Part shown: one piece after another, positions 1 to 9,127 of the stretch
Layout: every line of letters starts with the position of its first letter
Numbering within the stretch: the first letter of the stretch is position 1
DNA from: a virus
Length of the DNA: 64,000 bases
Virus record (IMG/VR): IMGVR_UViG_3300042923_000319
Coordinates: 1 to 64,000 of that record
Reading direction: 5' to 3' (one strand)
Notes under the pieces: model-generated
What the model was told of the DNA's origin: nothing
The model's database searches: none
Seen by the model: the letters and a program-made list of their open reading frames with translations, nothing else
Program-made: the position numbers and the translations under genes

Positions 1-2
1 AT

Positions 3-2771
3 TATTCACTCACATATTGGCAAGAAGTACGGGTTCCAGGGGTTGGTTATAGGTCTATAGTTACTGAAGATATAGTCTACGCTTTAAACCAAGCACCTAA
101 TAAAGTAAATCCGAGACAACATGGAATTATCGCAACCACTTTAAACAATGTAAAAATTAATGAAATTCCATATACTATAATTAACCACAATACCACCCAT
201 ACAGTAACACAAGTTGTTACCACAGTCACTCAACAGGGTCTTCCTGGTTGTTCCGTAGAAACTCACAACGGTTCTCCTTGGCAAGCACCACCGTCAAACT
301 ATAATACTGTTGGTGGCTATAAAAACTGTGCATGGCTCAGAGCTACACTAAAGTCATCTGATAAACTCCAAGGATCAGATCCAACAATTACAGCGGTAAT
401 CCAAGGAATGAAAGTGTACGATACACGCACAGGAGCCAAAGCTTATTCTGAGAACCCAGCAATGTGTCTCCGTGATTACATCCTTAGTAAACGCTATGGG
501 CTTGGTCGTTGGGTTACTTCTGATATGCTCGATGAGGACTCCTTTAAAGAATGTGCTGACCAGTGCGATGGCGAAGTCCACTTCTACACACCGACAACAC
601 TAGCAACCTACGATGCTGTACAGAATAAAATCACAGACCTCCAACGGCAACTAACGTTAAACCCAGGATGGTCATCGAAAACCGTCGATGCAGTTAATGA
701 TGAAATCACAGCTCTCCAGAAATCCCTTATCACAATCCAAAGTCAACCAGTGAGTCAAACCATAGCTATTACTCCGCGATACTCCTGTAATTTAATACTC
801 GCTGACAAAACAAACCACATTGATAACCTTGAGACAATCATGGCTACCTTTGGTGGTTTTTTAGTTTACAATGGCAAGAAAATTAGTCTTCGCATGGAGA
901 AGCAAGAAGTAGTATCTTATGCATTCAATGATAGTAACATATGTTCTGCCGATGGTAAACCAGATATAGTATGGGAAACAACGTCACTCGCTGAGACTCC
1001 TAATAGATATATCATTACTTTCTACGATCCAAACAATAATTGGACAGGGGTTAAATGTCAGGTAAACGATGTAGCAGACCAGAAGTTCCGTGGAAGAATC
1101 ATTGAAAAAGAAGTGTCATTAGATGGCGTAACAAACCAAAGTCAGGCATTGAGACTCGGTAGAATATTCATGGCTAAAAACAGGCTTAACACGAGGATAT
1201 GCACATTCAAAACTGGAACACATGCTATGCATCTACAACCTGGAGATGTCATCAGTTTTACTCATGAAGAAGTCAGTAATATGCCACTTAGAATTCTACA
1301 GATGTCTGAAGAGCAAGGTAAGTTTACCATTAAAGCTCAAGAGTATAACATCAGCATTTATGATGATCGCTTAGGTTCTCAAATAACAACCAAGAATTAC
1401 TGTACGATACCTAACGCATTTACCGATACAATACCAGAAGTTACAGCGATTGCACTCGATCAAGACTATTATATTCAGAAGGATGGCACAGCAATATCAA
1501 CGATTACGGGTGTATGTACTCTTCCGAACTACCCATTTACTAGGATTATCCATATATATTCATCGACTAACAACGGCACCACATGGAACTATTGCTCGTC
1601 AACGACTACTGGTGAATTTACACTGCATAGTATCCTTGTAAATCAAACGTATTACATTAAAGCAATCGTTGAGAACACCGCAGGTCGCAAATCCAATGGT
1701 TTCATAAGTAACCCATTGTTCATCACTGGTAAGGACAAGAATCCATCGGATGTCCCCGATTTTGTTGTGGCTCAATTTGGACACCAGTTTGTGCTCCAAG
1801 GCAAGATTCCATCGGATGTAGACTTTAATCATATCGAAGTTAGAGTCGACGGTACATCATGGGAAACATCAAAATATCTTGCTACGGATATCACTAGTTT
1901 TCCAACGTATATATCCAATAGTGGAATCATTGATGGAACTCATGTATTCCGTGCGAAGGCAGTGGATAATGGTGGTAATTACTCAACGAATGACATTGAG
2001 TATATATTAAATGTCACTGATATTAACACGTACAAGAACATTATACTCACCAGGGATGACGTGTTGCTCGGTGGTGGAACACTTACAGGGTTAACAGTGC
2101 TTCCCAATGGTCAGTTTGTATCATCTAATTCAATCACTTATGGCGACTTTGAAACCTATGCCGACTACCCAGAAACTTATGGGGCTGACCAAACAAGCAT
2201 TGGATATCTATCGCCAGTCATTGATACATTCAAAGTTGGAAAAACTAATGTAAACTTTTGTTTTGACTTCGATTTCTATGTGGACAATCCAACATACGGC
2301 ACGTTAGGCGATAGGACTTATGGCGATTATCCAAATGACACTTATGGACATATCACAGAACCAGTGGATATTACTATTGAAATACGATTGTCAGACGATG
2401 GAAACACATGGAGTGTTTGGCAAACCTATGTATCGGCACAGTACAACTTTAGATATATCCAATATAGAATCACAGCTAATTACGAAGATACAGCCACAAG
2501 AGCAACAATAAAATCCCTACTGCAATACTATGATGTCCCAGATGCCACCTATAGTCAAACATTAAGCATTCCAGCGACAGGAATTAATGTTGATTACGGT
2601 GGTATTTTCTATGAGACACCAACACAAATAACCCCTACAGTTATCAATGGATCAGGCAATGTTTATCCTGATATAACCAATTCAACTGCGAGTGGGCTTC
2701 ATATTGATTGTTATGACCGTACAGGTACAAAGGTTGCTGGTACGGTTCTTTTAGTTTGCAAAGGATATTGA
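3..2771 (+). CDS. Tail tip / host-specificity (central fibre) protein, 5' end outside window
   Basis: The frame of ORF 408..2771 is open back to position 3. Motifs NPAMCLRDY, QALRLGRI and LQPGDVI are typical of J-like tail-tip proteins; fibronectin-III-like segments follow. Confidence 0.8.
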   Translation, partial: YSLTYWQEVRVPGVGYRSIVTEDIVYALNQAPNKVNPRQHGIIATTLNNVKINEIPYTIINHNTTHTVTQVVTTVTQQGLPGCSVETHNGSPWQAPPSNYNTVGGYKNCAWLRATLKSSDKLQGSDPTITAVIQGMKVYDTRTGAKAYSENPAMCLRDYILSKRYGLGRWVTSDMLDEDSFKECADQCDGEVHFYTPTTLATYDAVQNKITDLQRQLTLNPGWSSKTVDAVNDEITALQKSLITIQSQPVSQTIAITPRYSCNLILADKTNHIDNLETIMATFGGFLVYNGKKISLRMEKQEVVSYAFNDSNICSADGKPDIVWETTSLAETPNRYIITFYDPNNNWTGVKCQVNDVADQKFRGRIIEKEVSLDGVTNQSQALRLGRIFMAKNRLNTRICTFKTGTHAMHLQPGDVISFTHEEVSNMPLRILQMSEEQGKFTIKAQEYNISIYDDRLGSQITTKNYCTIPNAFTDTIPEVTAIALDQDYYIQKDGTAISTITGVCTLPNYPFTRIIHIYSSTNNGTTWNYCSSTTTGEFTLHSILVNQTYYIKAIVENTAGRKSNGFISNPLFITGKDKNPSDVPDFVVAQFGHQFVLQGKIPSDVDFNHIEVRVDGTSWETSKYLATDITSFPTYISNSGIIDGTHVFRAKAVDNGGNYSTNDIEYILNVTDINTYKNIILTRDDVLLGGGTLTGLTVLPNGQFVSSNSITYGDFETYADYPETYGADQTSIGYLSPVIDTFKVGKTNVNFCFDFDFYVDNPTYGTLGDRTYGDYPNDTYGHITEPVDITIEIRLSDDGNTWSVWQTYVSAQYNFRYIQYRITANYEDTATRATIKSLLQYYDVPDATYSQTLSIPATGINVDYGGIFYETPTQITPTVINGSGNVYPDITNSTASGLHIDCYDRTGTKVAGTVLLVCKGY

Positions 2772-2814
2772 CCATTGTGTAAGCGATGGTTTTACGAAGT
2801 AAAGGAGGAATATA

Positions 2815-4194
2815 ATGTCACAAATATTTACTAGTGCAATACCAACTACTGAAACCAATGTCAAAGACGATAATATTAATAGTAGAGTCAACGAGAACAC
2901 ACTGCGGTCTAGCTTCAGTGGCACATCGTTTCCAGATAATCCAGTTCTAGGACAACCATGTTATCGCGAGGATATGAATGGTAGATTATATAAATGGAAT
3001 GGGACAACATGGGTTGATGCTGATACTAACTCAGCTACACAAAAGGATGTAGCATTATCCGCAGGAAATCTAACGACACTCAAAGATAGGCTTGCAGTAT
3101 CAATGAATGATGATGGTACACTCAAAGCAAGTCCAACGGCTGTAATCGATGAATTCAAAGACAATGCTTTAGCTATCACTTACGTGTCCACTAATTCATT
3201 TACGACACCTAATGATCTCACTAGTACATTCACACAGTATCGCAAGGTAAAGTGTGTACTTAGTGCATCGTATGTAGTCACTAGCGTTACTGCAAGCACC
3301 TATGACAGTGGCACTAATAAAACCACAGTTACTCTTAAAGATTCTGTGATTGATGCTACGATTACTGAGGTTAAATATGGAGTTATACAAGATGGGTTAC
3401 CAGAGAATGTACTAACGTCTGGTACTAATTCAACCATTGGGACAGCCAATATAACGACGTTAAATATGTCTGGTGCAATTAACCAAGCTCTTACAACGAT
3501 GGCTAGTGCATCTACAATGAGCATTGGTGCTGCTCCTGCAAATTATATTATCGTCACAGGTACAACTACAATAACAGCATTTGACTCAATTACCGCAGGT
3601 GCAGTAAGAACGCTTAGATTTAGCGATACTGTAACAGTGACCTATAATGCAACTACAATGTTATTACCAGGGGCTACAAATATTGTTGCATATGCTGGTG
3701 ATGTATTAACCTTCGTTAGCGGTGGTAGTGGAATCTGGCGCTGTACTGATATTCAAAGATATAAAACGTTCAGAGGAGTAAAAGTTTATAACAATAGCGG
3801 TGGTACTCAAAGTATAGCGACTACAGCAACGACGAAAATAATATTTAATATTACTGAATTTGATACTGATTCATTTTGGAACCCATCTACAACAAGGATC
3901 GAAATCCCAGCAGGGGTATCTTATGTAAAATTAGTTGGTATAGTATCGTGGATTGACGCCTATACAACGGAAGGTACGAGGCGTGGAGGATGGCTATATA
4001 AAAATGGGTCTTTGTTAGTACCTTCTTCTTGTGCCGCTGGATCACCAAACTGCCATAATAACGTAAGTAGTGGCGCTGTTCCTGTTACCTCGGGAGACTA
4101 TTTTGAACTTTACGCGGTTAATGGTGATACTATAGCAAAGAATATATCTCAAAGCCCAGTTAACACATCGTTAACAATGGAGGTAATCGCATAA
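2815..4194 (+). CDS. Tail fibre / receptor-binding protein
   Basis: Thr/Ser-rich, beta-rich, C1q-like C-terminus; follows tail-tip gene; strong RBS AAAGGAGG. Confidence 0.7.
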   Translation: MSQIFTSAIPTTETNVKDDNINSRVNENTLRSSFSGTSFPDNPVLGQPCYREDMNGRLYKWNGTTWVDADTNSATQKDVALSAGNLTTLKDRLAVSMNDDGTLKASPTAVIDEFKDNALAITYVSTNSFTTPNDLTSTFTQYRKVKCVLSASYVVTSVTASTYDSGTNKTTVTLKDSVIDATITEVKYGVIQDGLPENVLTSGTNSTIGTANITTLNMSGAINQALTTMASASTMSIGAAPANYIIVTGTTTITAFDSITAGAVRTLRFSDTVTVTYNATTMLLPGATNIVAYAGDVLTFVSGGSGIWRCTDIQRYKTFRGVKVYNNSGGTQSIATTATTKIIFNITEFDTDSFWNPSTTRIEIPAGVSYVKLVGIVSWIDAYTTEGTRRGGWLYKNGSLLVPSSCAAGSPNCHNNVSSGAVPVTSGDYFELYAVNGDTIAKNISQSPVNTSLTMEVIA

Positions 4195-4547
4195 TGACAA
4201 CATTAACTTTCACAGGAACTAAATACCAATATCTCCACGATATCCTAGTAAAAGCAGGATACCCGCCAACATCAGTGTTCGTTAATGGTACAACCTATAC
4301 GGTGAACTTTGAAACTCAAGCTATCGCTGATGCAGCAATGATTATCGCAGATGCTCAATGTACAGCAATGGATAAACACGTGAGAAAAGCTGCGGTAGAT
4401 GAGAAATACAACGCTATCTATATTAACCTTGATCGTTCATTTGCAGCAGCGAATAGACTTGGAAATCCAACGACTCATCTAGTGGAAAAGAGCGCTGAAT
4501 TACTGGCAGCACATAAAGCAGAAAAGGTGGCGATTGACAATGAATAA
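4194..4547 (+). CDS. Putative tail fibre assembly/chaperone protein
   Basis: Coupled to the tail fibre gene; call based on position only. Confidence 0.4.
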   Translation: MTTLTFTGTKYQYLHDILVKAGYPPTSVFVNGTTYTVNFETQAIADAAMIIADAQCTAMDKHVRKAAVDEKYNAIYINLDRSFAAANRLGNPTTHLVEKSAELLAAHKAEKVAIDNE

Positions 4548-4665
4548 CTTTGATTTTGCATGTGAATACTGTGGAGCACTGATTGACCAAACGACAGGAT
4601 TATGTACAAACCCTAATTGCCCAGGAAGTATCAAGTCTCAAAACACTAACACAACCGAGGGGTAA
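4540..4665 (+). CDS. Small Cys-rich protein (41 aa, CEYC...CTNPNC)
   Basis: Read manually; overlaps the previous stop; AAGGTGG RBS. Confidence 0.5.
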   Translation: MNNFDFACEYCGALIDQTTGLCTNPNCPGSIKSQNTNTTEG

Positions 4666-4794
4666 CTATGGAATATTCCTTAGCTTTTTTCACCATAGGA
4701 TTAGCTCTTGGATATCTATTGAAATCATATCAAGAACAAAGGAAAGCTGAGGTGGAGCAAAGAAAGAAAACTATAGGATTTAGGGGAGATGTAG

Positions 4795-5043
4795 ATGAGC
4801 GATGATGTAACAAATGTATTACTCAAGAAAGTCGATGAGCTTCAAGAGATATCAATGAAAACAGCAGTGGAAGTTGCAGTGATATCAGCGAAACTCGAAG
4901 AACGCGAGAAGCAAGACCATGAAAAACGCATAAGTCAACTAGAGCAAGAACGTAATCAAATCGTAGGTGGCAAGGAAGTAATCTTAGGAGCCGTAGGGTT
5001 AATCTCTACGGTTCTTTCTATTTTAGCCTACTTTAGACATTGA
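4795..5043 (+). CDS. Coiled-coil protein with C-terminal TM helix (XhlA/holin-associated type)
   Basis: Coiled coil followed by hydrophobic VILGAVGLISTVLSILAY; lysis-cassette position. Confidence 0.55.
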   Translation: MSDDVTNVLLKKVDELQEISMKTAVEVAVISAKLEEREKQDHEKRISQLEQERNQIVGGKEVILGAVGLISTVLSILAYFRH

Positions 5044-5051
5044 GGTGAATA

Positions 5052-5270
5052 ATGAAGACTAAGAATTATATCATATTTTTCATCACTGCAATATTTTTGT
5101 CACTCTATGGTGGCATCATGTACAACTATGGATACACTGCTAAACATACGCCCAACTATATCTATACTAATGATCACCGCAGTATTCTTAAGGCAATGCG
5201 TAATAACAATATTGAATTCACTACAGAACAATCCGATGGCATGTTTAGGGATTTGGGAGGTAAGCGATGA
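5052..5270 (+). CDS. Hypothetical membrane protein
   Basis: N-terminal hydrophobic helix; RBS GAGGTG. Confidence 0.5.
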   Translation: MKTKNYIIFFITAIFLSLYGGIMYNYGYTAKHTPNYIYTNDHRSILKAMRNNNIEFTTEQSDGMFRDLGGKR

Positions 5271-5437
5271 TGTTTGAAAAAATCAATATCACAGAATTAG
5301 CAGTCATTATCTCGCTCGGTGTAGCGTTGGTAATGGCTATTTTTTATAACATGGAAAACCTAGCAGGTATTATCGTTGGTGGACTTGCAGGTTACATTGG
5401 TGGACGAGTGATACACAAAGGAGGTAATGAAGTTTGA
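5267..5437 (+). CDS. Putative holin (56 aa, two TM helices)
   Basis: Manual translation MMFEKINITELAVIISLGVALVMAIFYNMENLAGIIVGGLAGYIGG...; directly upstream of the endolysin. Confidence 0.6.
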   Translation: MMFEKINITELAVIISLGVALVMAIFYNMENLAGIIVGGLAGYIGGRVIHKGGNEV

Positions 5438-5973
5438 GAAAAATAACATTAGATGAGCTGAGAGAACTTGCAGTAGCATCCAAAGATTACCTGTGGAATA
5501 ACGCTAATTCAGTCGGTAGAGATGTAATACTTTACCTACACTGGTCAGCAGGTCGCTATGGTCAATTCTATGAGGACTATCACATCAATATTGATGCAGA
5601 TGGTTCTCTTTTTATTTCCAATGATAATCTAGCAGTCACACTATCGCATACATGGCACCGCAATACTGGAGCTATAGGAATATCCTTAGCTGCTTGCTAT
5701 GGTGCTACTACGGATAACCTAGGCGACTATGCACCAACAAAAGATCAAGTAGAAGCTATGGCACAAGTTATTGCTATGCTATGTGAATCTCTTGATCTTA
5801 CCATCGATAGAGCACATGTAATGACTCATGCAGAAGCAGCAGAAGACGATGAATATGGCTATAGTACGACTTGTGAACGCTGGGATTTGCTTATGCTTGC
5901 TACCGGTGATGAACCTTGGTCTGGTGGAGAAACATTGAGAGGTAAAGGAGAGTGGTATAGATGCCAGAAGTGA
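5434..5973 (+). CDS. Endolysin, N-acetylmuramoyl-L-alanine amidase (Amidase_2 fold)
   Basis: LYLHWSA, YHINID, HTWHRNTGAIGISL, VMTHAE Zn-amidase motifs. Confidence 0.85.
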   Translation: MRKITLDELRELAVASKDYLWNNANSVGRDVILYLHWSAGRYGQFYEDYHINIDADGSLFISNDNLAVTLSHTWHRNTGAIGISLAACYGATTDNLGDYAPTKDQVEAMAQVIAMLCESLDLTIDRAHVMTHAEAAEDDEYGYSTTCERWDLLMLATGDEPWSGGETLRGKGEWYRCQK

Positions 5974-6449
5974 CTGTAGGATTTGCTGGAGGTGACACCA
6001 GTGTTGACAAAGTAATCGAGTGGTTCTCACATGGTGAAGACGTAGATATATCCCATGCTTTTATTATGCTCTTCGATAGCACCTATGAGTCCACTGGTAA
6101 GAAAGAGGAATCCGATCCATACCCTGGAGTATGGCTTCACAATCCACAGAAATTCATCGATGATTCCCACGCAAAATTTGTGACTATCGATGTTCCAGAC
6201 ATTGAAGCTGGCAAGGAACTAGCAAGGCAACTATTGGGAACTCCATATGGCTACACTGATTGTCTACGGACAGGCATTGAAGAAATTATTGGCAAATCAG
6301 TGCCAGACAACGACTATACGATGCATTGCAGTGAAACCGTGACGCGTATCTTACGCGCTATGGGAGTCAATGTATGTCCTGAGTTAGAACCTGGGGATAT
6401 TTCTCCAGTTAGACTATATAAATCAATAATTGAAATGAGGAATGTATAA
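5961..6449 (+). CDS. Permuted papain-like NlpC/P60 amidase (YiiX/YebB type)
   Basis: His (ISHAFI) precedes Cys (HCSETV); LGTPY motif. Confidence 0.7.
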   Translation: MPEVTVGFAGGDTSVDKVIEWFSHGEDVDISHAFIMLFDSTYESTGKKEESDPYPGVWLHNPQKFIDDSHAKFVTIDVPDIEAGKELARQLLGTPYGYTDCLRTGIEEIIGKSVPDNDYTMHCSETVTRILRAMGVNVCPELEPGDISPVRLYKSIIEMRNV

Positions 6450-6667
6450 TGAGTAACGAAGCAACAACAATGGTAACTGGCATGGTATCATCTTGGGCAG
6501 AAATGACAATTGCACAGAAAAAGGCATCAGTGGAAGCTGGATTAAATGCAGAGATTATATCCACAACTAGCACATGGGTTAAATGTAGAGATCAAATATA
6601 TCTAATGATGTTAAGTTATGCTAATGAATATCTATTGAATACAATCAATAAAGCATTGACTAAATAG
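6449..6667 (+). CDS. Hypothetical protein
   Basis: Coupled ORF at the end of the lysis operon. Confidence 0.55.
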   Translation: MSNEATTMVTGMVSSWAEMTIAQKKASVEAGLNAEIISTTSTWVKCRDQIYLMMLSYANEYLLNTINKALTK

Positions 6668-6685
6668 TGAGCTAAGGCGAACGTT

Positions 6686-6729
6686 GGGGCGATGGCATGG
6701 GAATTATCCTGTGTTGTCGCCCCGTTTTT
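6686..6729 (+). terminator. Intrinsic terminator of the late/lysis operon
   Basis: GGGGCGATGGCATGGGA...TCCTGTGTTGTCGCCCC stem followed by GTTTTT. Confidence 0.75.
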
Positions 6730-6853
6730 GTCGTTTATACAGTAGAATAGCTGGAGATAGCTCTGTGAGCGTACCTTAGTAATTACATAGACAATCGTAA
6801 GCGATGCATAATAAAAACTCCTCATAACTCACTGTATTTATAAAAATAAAGTG

Positions 6854-6883
6854 TTGACAATGGTATACATATGAGTGTACAAT
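6854..6883 (+). promoter_or_regulatory. Sigma-A promoter with embedded 18-bp operator
   Basis: TTGACA-18-TACAAT with A-rich UP element; near-identical copy at 15516. Confidence 0.75.
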
Positions 6884-6909
6884 AAAGACACAAGAGAGGA
6901 GGCGAGGGG

Positions 6910-7080
6910 ATGGAAATTAAAGCAACACAGTGGGTAGCCAAAAGTTTTAACTTGGGTAATAGCTTCGGTGATGAAGTATTTGAAGCCATCAATAAATTCC
7001 AAAAGTCTGGCTATGAAGTAGAGATTCAATATCAACAGTCAAACAATGTTGTATCAGCGTTTATCATAGGAAGGGGTTAA
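6910..7080 (+). CDS. Small early hypothetical protein (56 aa)
   Basis: GGAGG RBS; MEIKATQW...; read manually. Confidence 0.55.
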   Translation: MEIKATQWVAKSFNLGNSFGDEVFEAINKFQKSGYEVEIQYQQSNNVVSAFIIGRG

Positions 7081-7129
7081 GTGTATCTATTACGTCTACA
7101 CATTAGTATACACGAAAGGAGGAACCACG

Positions 7130-7342
7130 ATGAACACACAACAACTCCACAGTATAGCAAAGAAACTCGAAGGAGTTGCTTCCCATGCTAATATTCTGAG
7201 TATCAATGCTGCAATCGAAGCTGCACACCTAGGAAGTAGTGGTAGAGCATCCCATGTAATAGCCGATGAAATCCATAAGCTAGCAGAGATAGCTATGGAA
7301 GCATCAAGGGAAATCGAAAGAGAATTGGAGGGAGAACGATGA
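7130..7342 (+). CDS. Stand-alone methyl-accepting chemotaxis protein signalling-tip fragment
   Basis: ANILSINAAIEAAHLGSSGRASHVIADEIHKLA matches the MCP consensus [33 protein letters not shown]; strong RBS AAAGGAGG. Confidence 0.85.
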   Translation: MNTQQLHSIAKKLEGVASHANILSINAAIEAAHLGSSGRASHVIADEIHKLAEIAMEASREIERELEGER

Positions 7343-7514
7343 GTCTAACTAAGAAATACATTGAGAAAAAGTATGGAGCACAACTCAGTAAAACCACAGG
7401 GTTTGATGATAATCGTCAATATTGGGAATGTTGGTTAGGCGATGAGTATGTTGATGGTTGGACATTGGCAGAAATAGTGGAAAAACTAGAATGTATTAAG
7501 GAGGAACAAAGCTA

Positions 7515-7742
7515 ATGGAAAGTATTATTTTATCAATTCTCCAATGTCTAGCGGTGACATACATCGCACAGTCAAGGAATCGCAAACGGATCTGGGCTTG
7601 GACAATCTTTGGATTATTCATACCGATCATACCGTTAATCGCTGTGTTATGTGTGGACAAACTCAAGGTGTGCCCAAACTGTGCAGAGTCGATTAAAGAT
7701 GAAGCTAAGGTGTGTAAGCATTGTGGTAGGGAGGTAGAATGA
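7515..7742 (+). CDS. Membrane protein with double zinc ribbon
   Basis: Two TM helices, then CPNCAE...CKHCG. Confidence 0.7.
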   Translation: MESIILSILQCLAVTYIAQSRNRKRIWAWTIFGLFIPIIPLIAVLCVDKLKVCPNCAESIKDEAKVCKHCGREVE

Positions 7743-8068
7743 TGAAACCAGTGAGTGAAGCTATAACATGTCTAAAGGCGCAATTGAATCATGAGGTATT
7801 TTGTGTTTACTATGCTAAAGCAAACAATGATCAGTCTAGTGAAATACAACACAGCATATTAATGAATTCTTATAGAACAGCATTGATTGCACTAGAGAAG
7901 CAAATACCAGCAAAACCAAGAGAAAACATGAATTGGGATGACGTTTGTAACGATGAAGATTTTGTAGATGAACATTGGTTATGCCATGGGTGCGAAAATT
8001 ATCTTGATGAATCTGAAGAATATTGTCGCTTATGTGGGCAAAGAATTGACTGGAGTATGAACCAATGA
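7739..8068 (+). CDS. Zinc-ribbon phage protein
   Basis: ALEKQIP...CHGC...YCRLCGQRIDWS. Confidence 0.65.
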   Translation: MMKPVSEAITCLKAQLNHEVFCVYYAKANNDQSSEIQHSILMNSYRTALIALEKQIPAKPRENMNWDDVCNDEDFVDEHWLCHGCENYLDESEEYCRLCGQRIDWSMNQ

Positions 8069-8395
8069 TTGACCAAGCACTCCTCAGCAACTTCAAAGCT
8101 CAAGCCGATGCGCTATCATTGAAATACCATAAGCCAACTATCGTAACATTCAATGAACACGCGGGAATGCAGGCGTGGATCGATAGAGAAATACCGAAAG
8201 ACTATGAAATACTATATGAGAGTGAGGGGAAATAATGATGTTACGTAAGTGCTGTTGTAATTGTGAATACTATGATTGTGACACTGGAGAAGACTGTGAT
8301 GGTGAAGATGATGTTGAACTAAACTATTGTGATGAATACGTTGAAACGCATTTTACATCATCAAATCTTCGTATATACGATAAGGAGGACACCGA

Positions 8396-8728
8396 ATGAA
8401 CACTAATGTATTCCACCATACTCTCCACCGTTCCCTATGGCAGTGGCTTGCGGATAACCCAAGTAAATCAAAGGAAGGCTGGACGAGATGGGAGAGTAAT
8501 GGTGGAGACGTAGAGGTCATATGGAGTCATTGTTTTGCATGTAAATATGCTAAAGAGTGTGGTACTTGTTATTATTGTCCTCTAGTGTGGGGTGGTAAAT
8601 ATGATAGATGCTTTGTTAATAATGGCTTGTTTGGCCAGTGGCAAAACTCCACAGATCCCCACGAGCGCACAGACCTCGCATTGAAAATCAAAGATTTACC
8701 TGTGAAGGACGGTGTGGTGTGTGACTAG
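8396..8728 (+). CDS. Cys-rich hypothetical protein
   Basis: CFAC...CYYCPL; RBS AAGGAGG. Confidence 0.6.
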   Translation: MNTNVFHHTLHRSLWQWLADNPSKSKEGWTRWESNGGDVEVIWSHCFACKYAKECGTCYYCPLVWGGKYDRCFVNNGLFGQWQNSTDPHERTDLALKIKDLPVKDGVVCD

Positions 8729-9127
8729 ACGTAAGAGGTGGGCGTGGTTTAGAATACGGAACACCAATAAGTATAATCTAAAGAAAAACGATGTACTTCA
8801 CTTGGATCATGGAATATACACTGGTGATTATTATATTGATGACATTAAATATTCAGAGGACAACTCTGATTTTGCAATGCATTTAACGGAGGTTGAACCA
8901 TGACCTATCAATACTTTATATCATATGTACAACAAGGTGGACTTTTTGGTAATTGTGATATAAGTTCGACAACAAGAGCAGAGGAAAATATTAGCGGATT
9001 CATTAAAGAAACAACGAAAGCTCTTGAGTCAAAAGGATTCAGTAATGTTGTCGTATTGTTCTACAAGAGGATATAGCTGTGTCTATAGTGTCCACTGATG
9101 TGTGGACAAGGAGAATAGGAGGAGACA

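Noticed and set aside
3-4194. Diversity-generating retroelement acting on tail genes
   Set aside because: No reverse transcriptase and no TR/VR pair seen in the window; the TYGD repeats are protein-level
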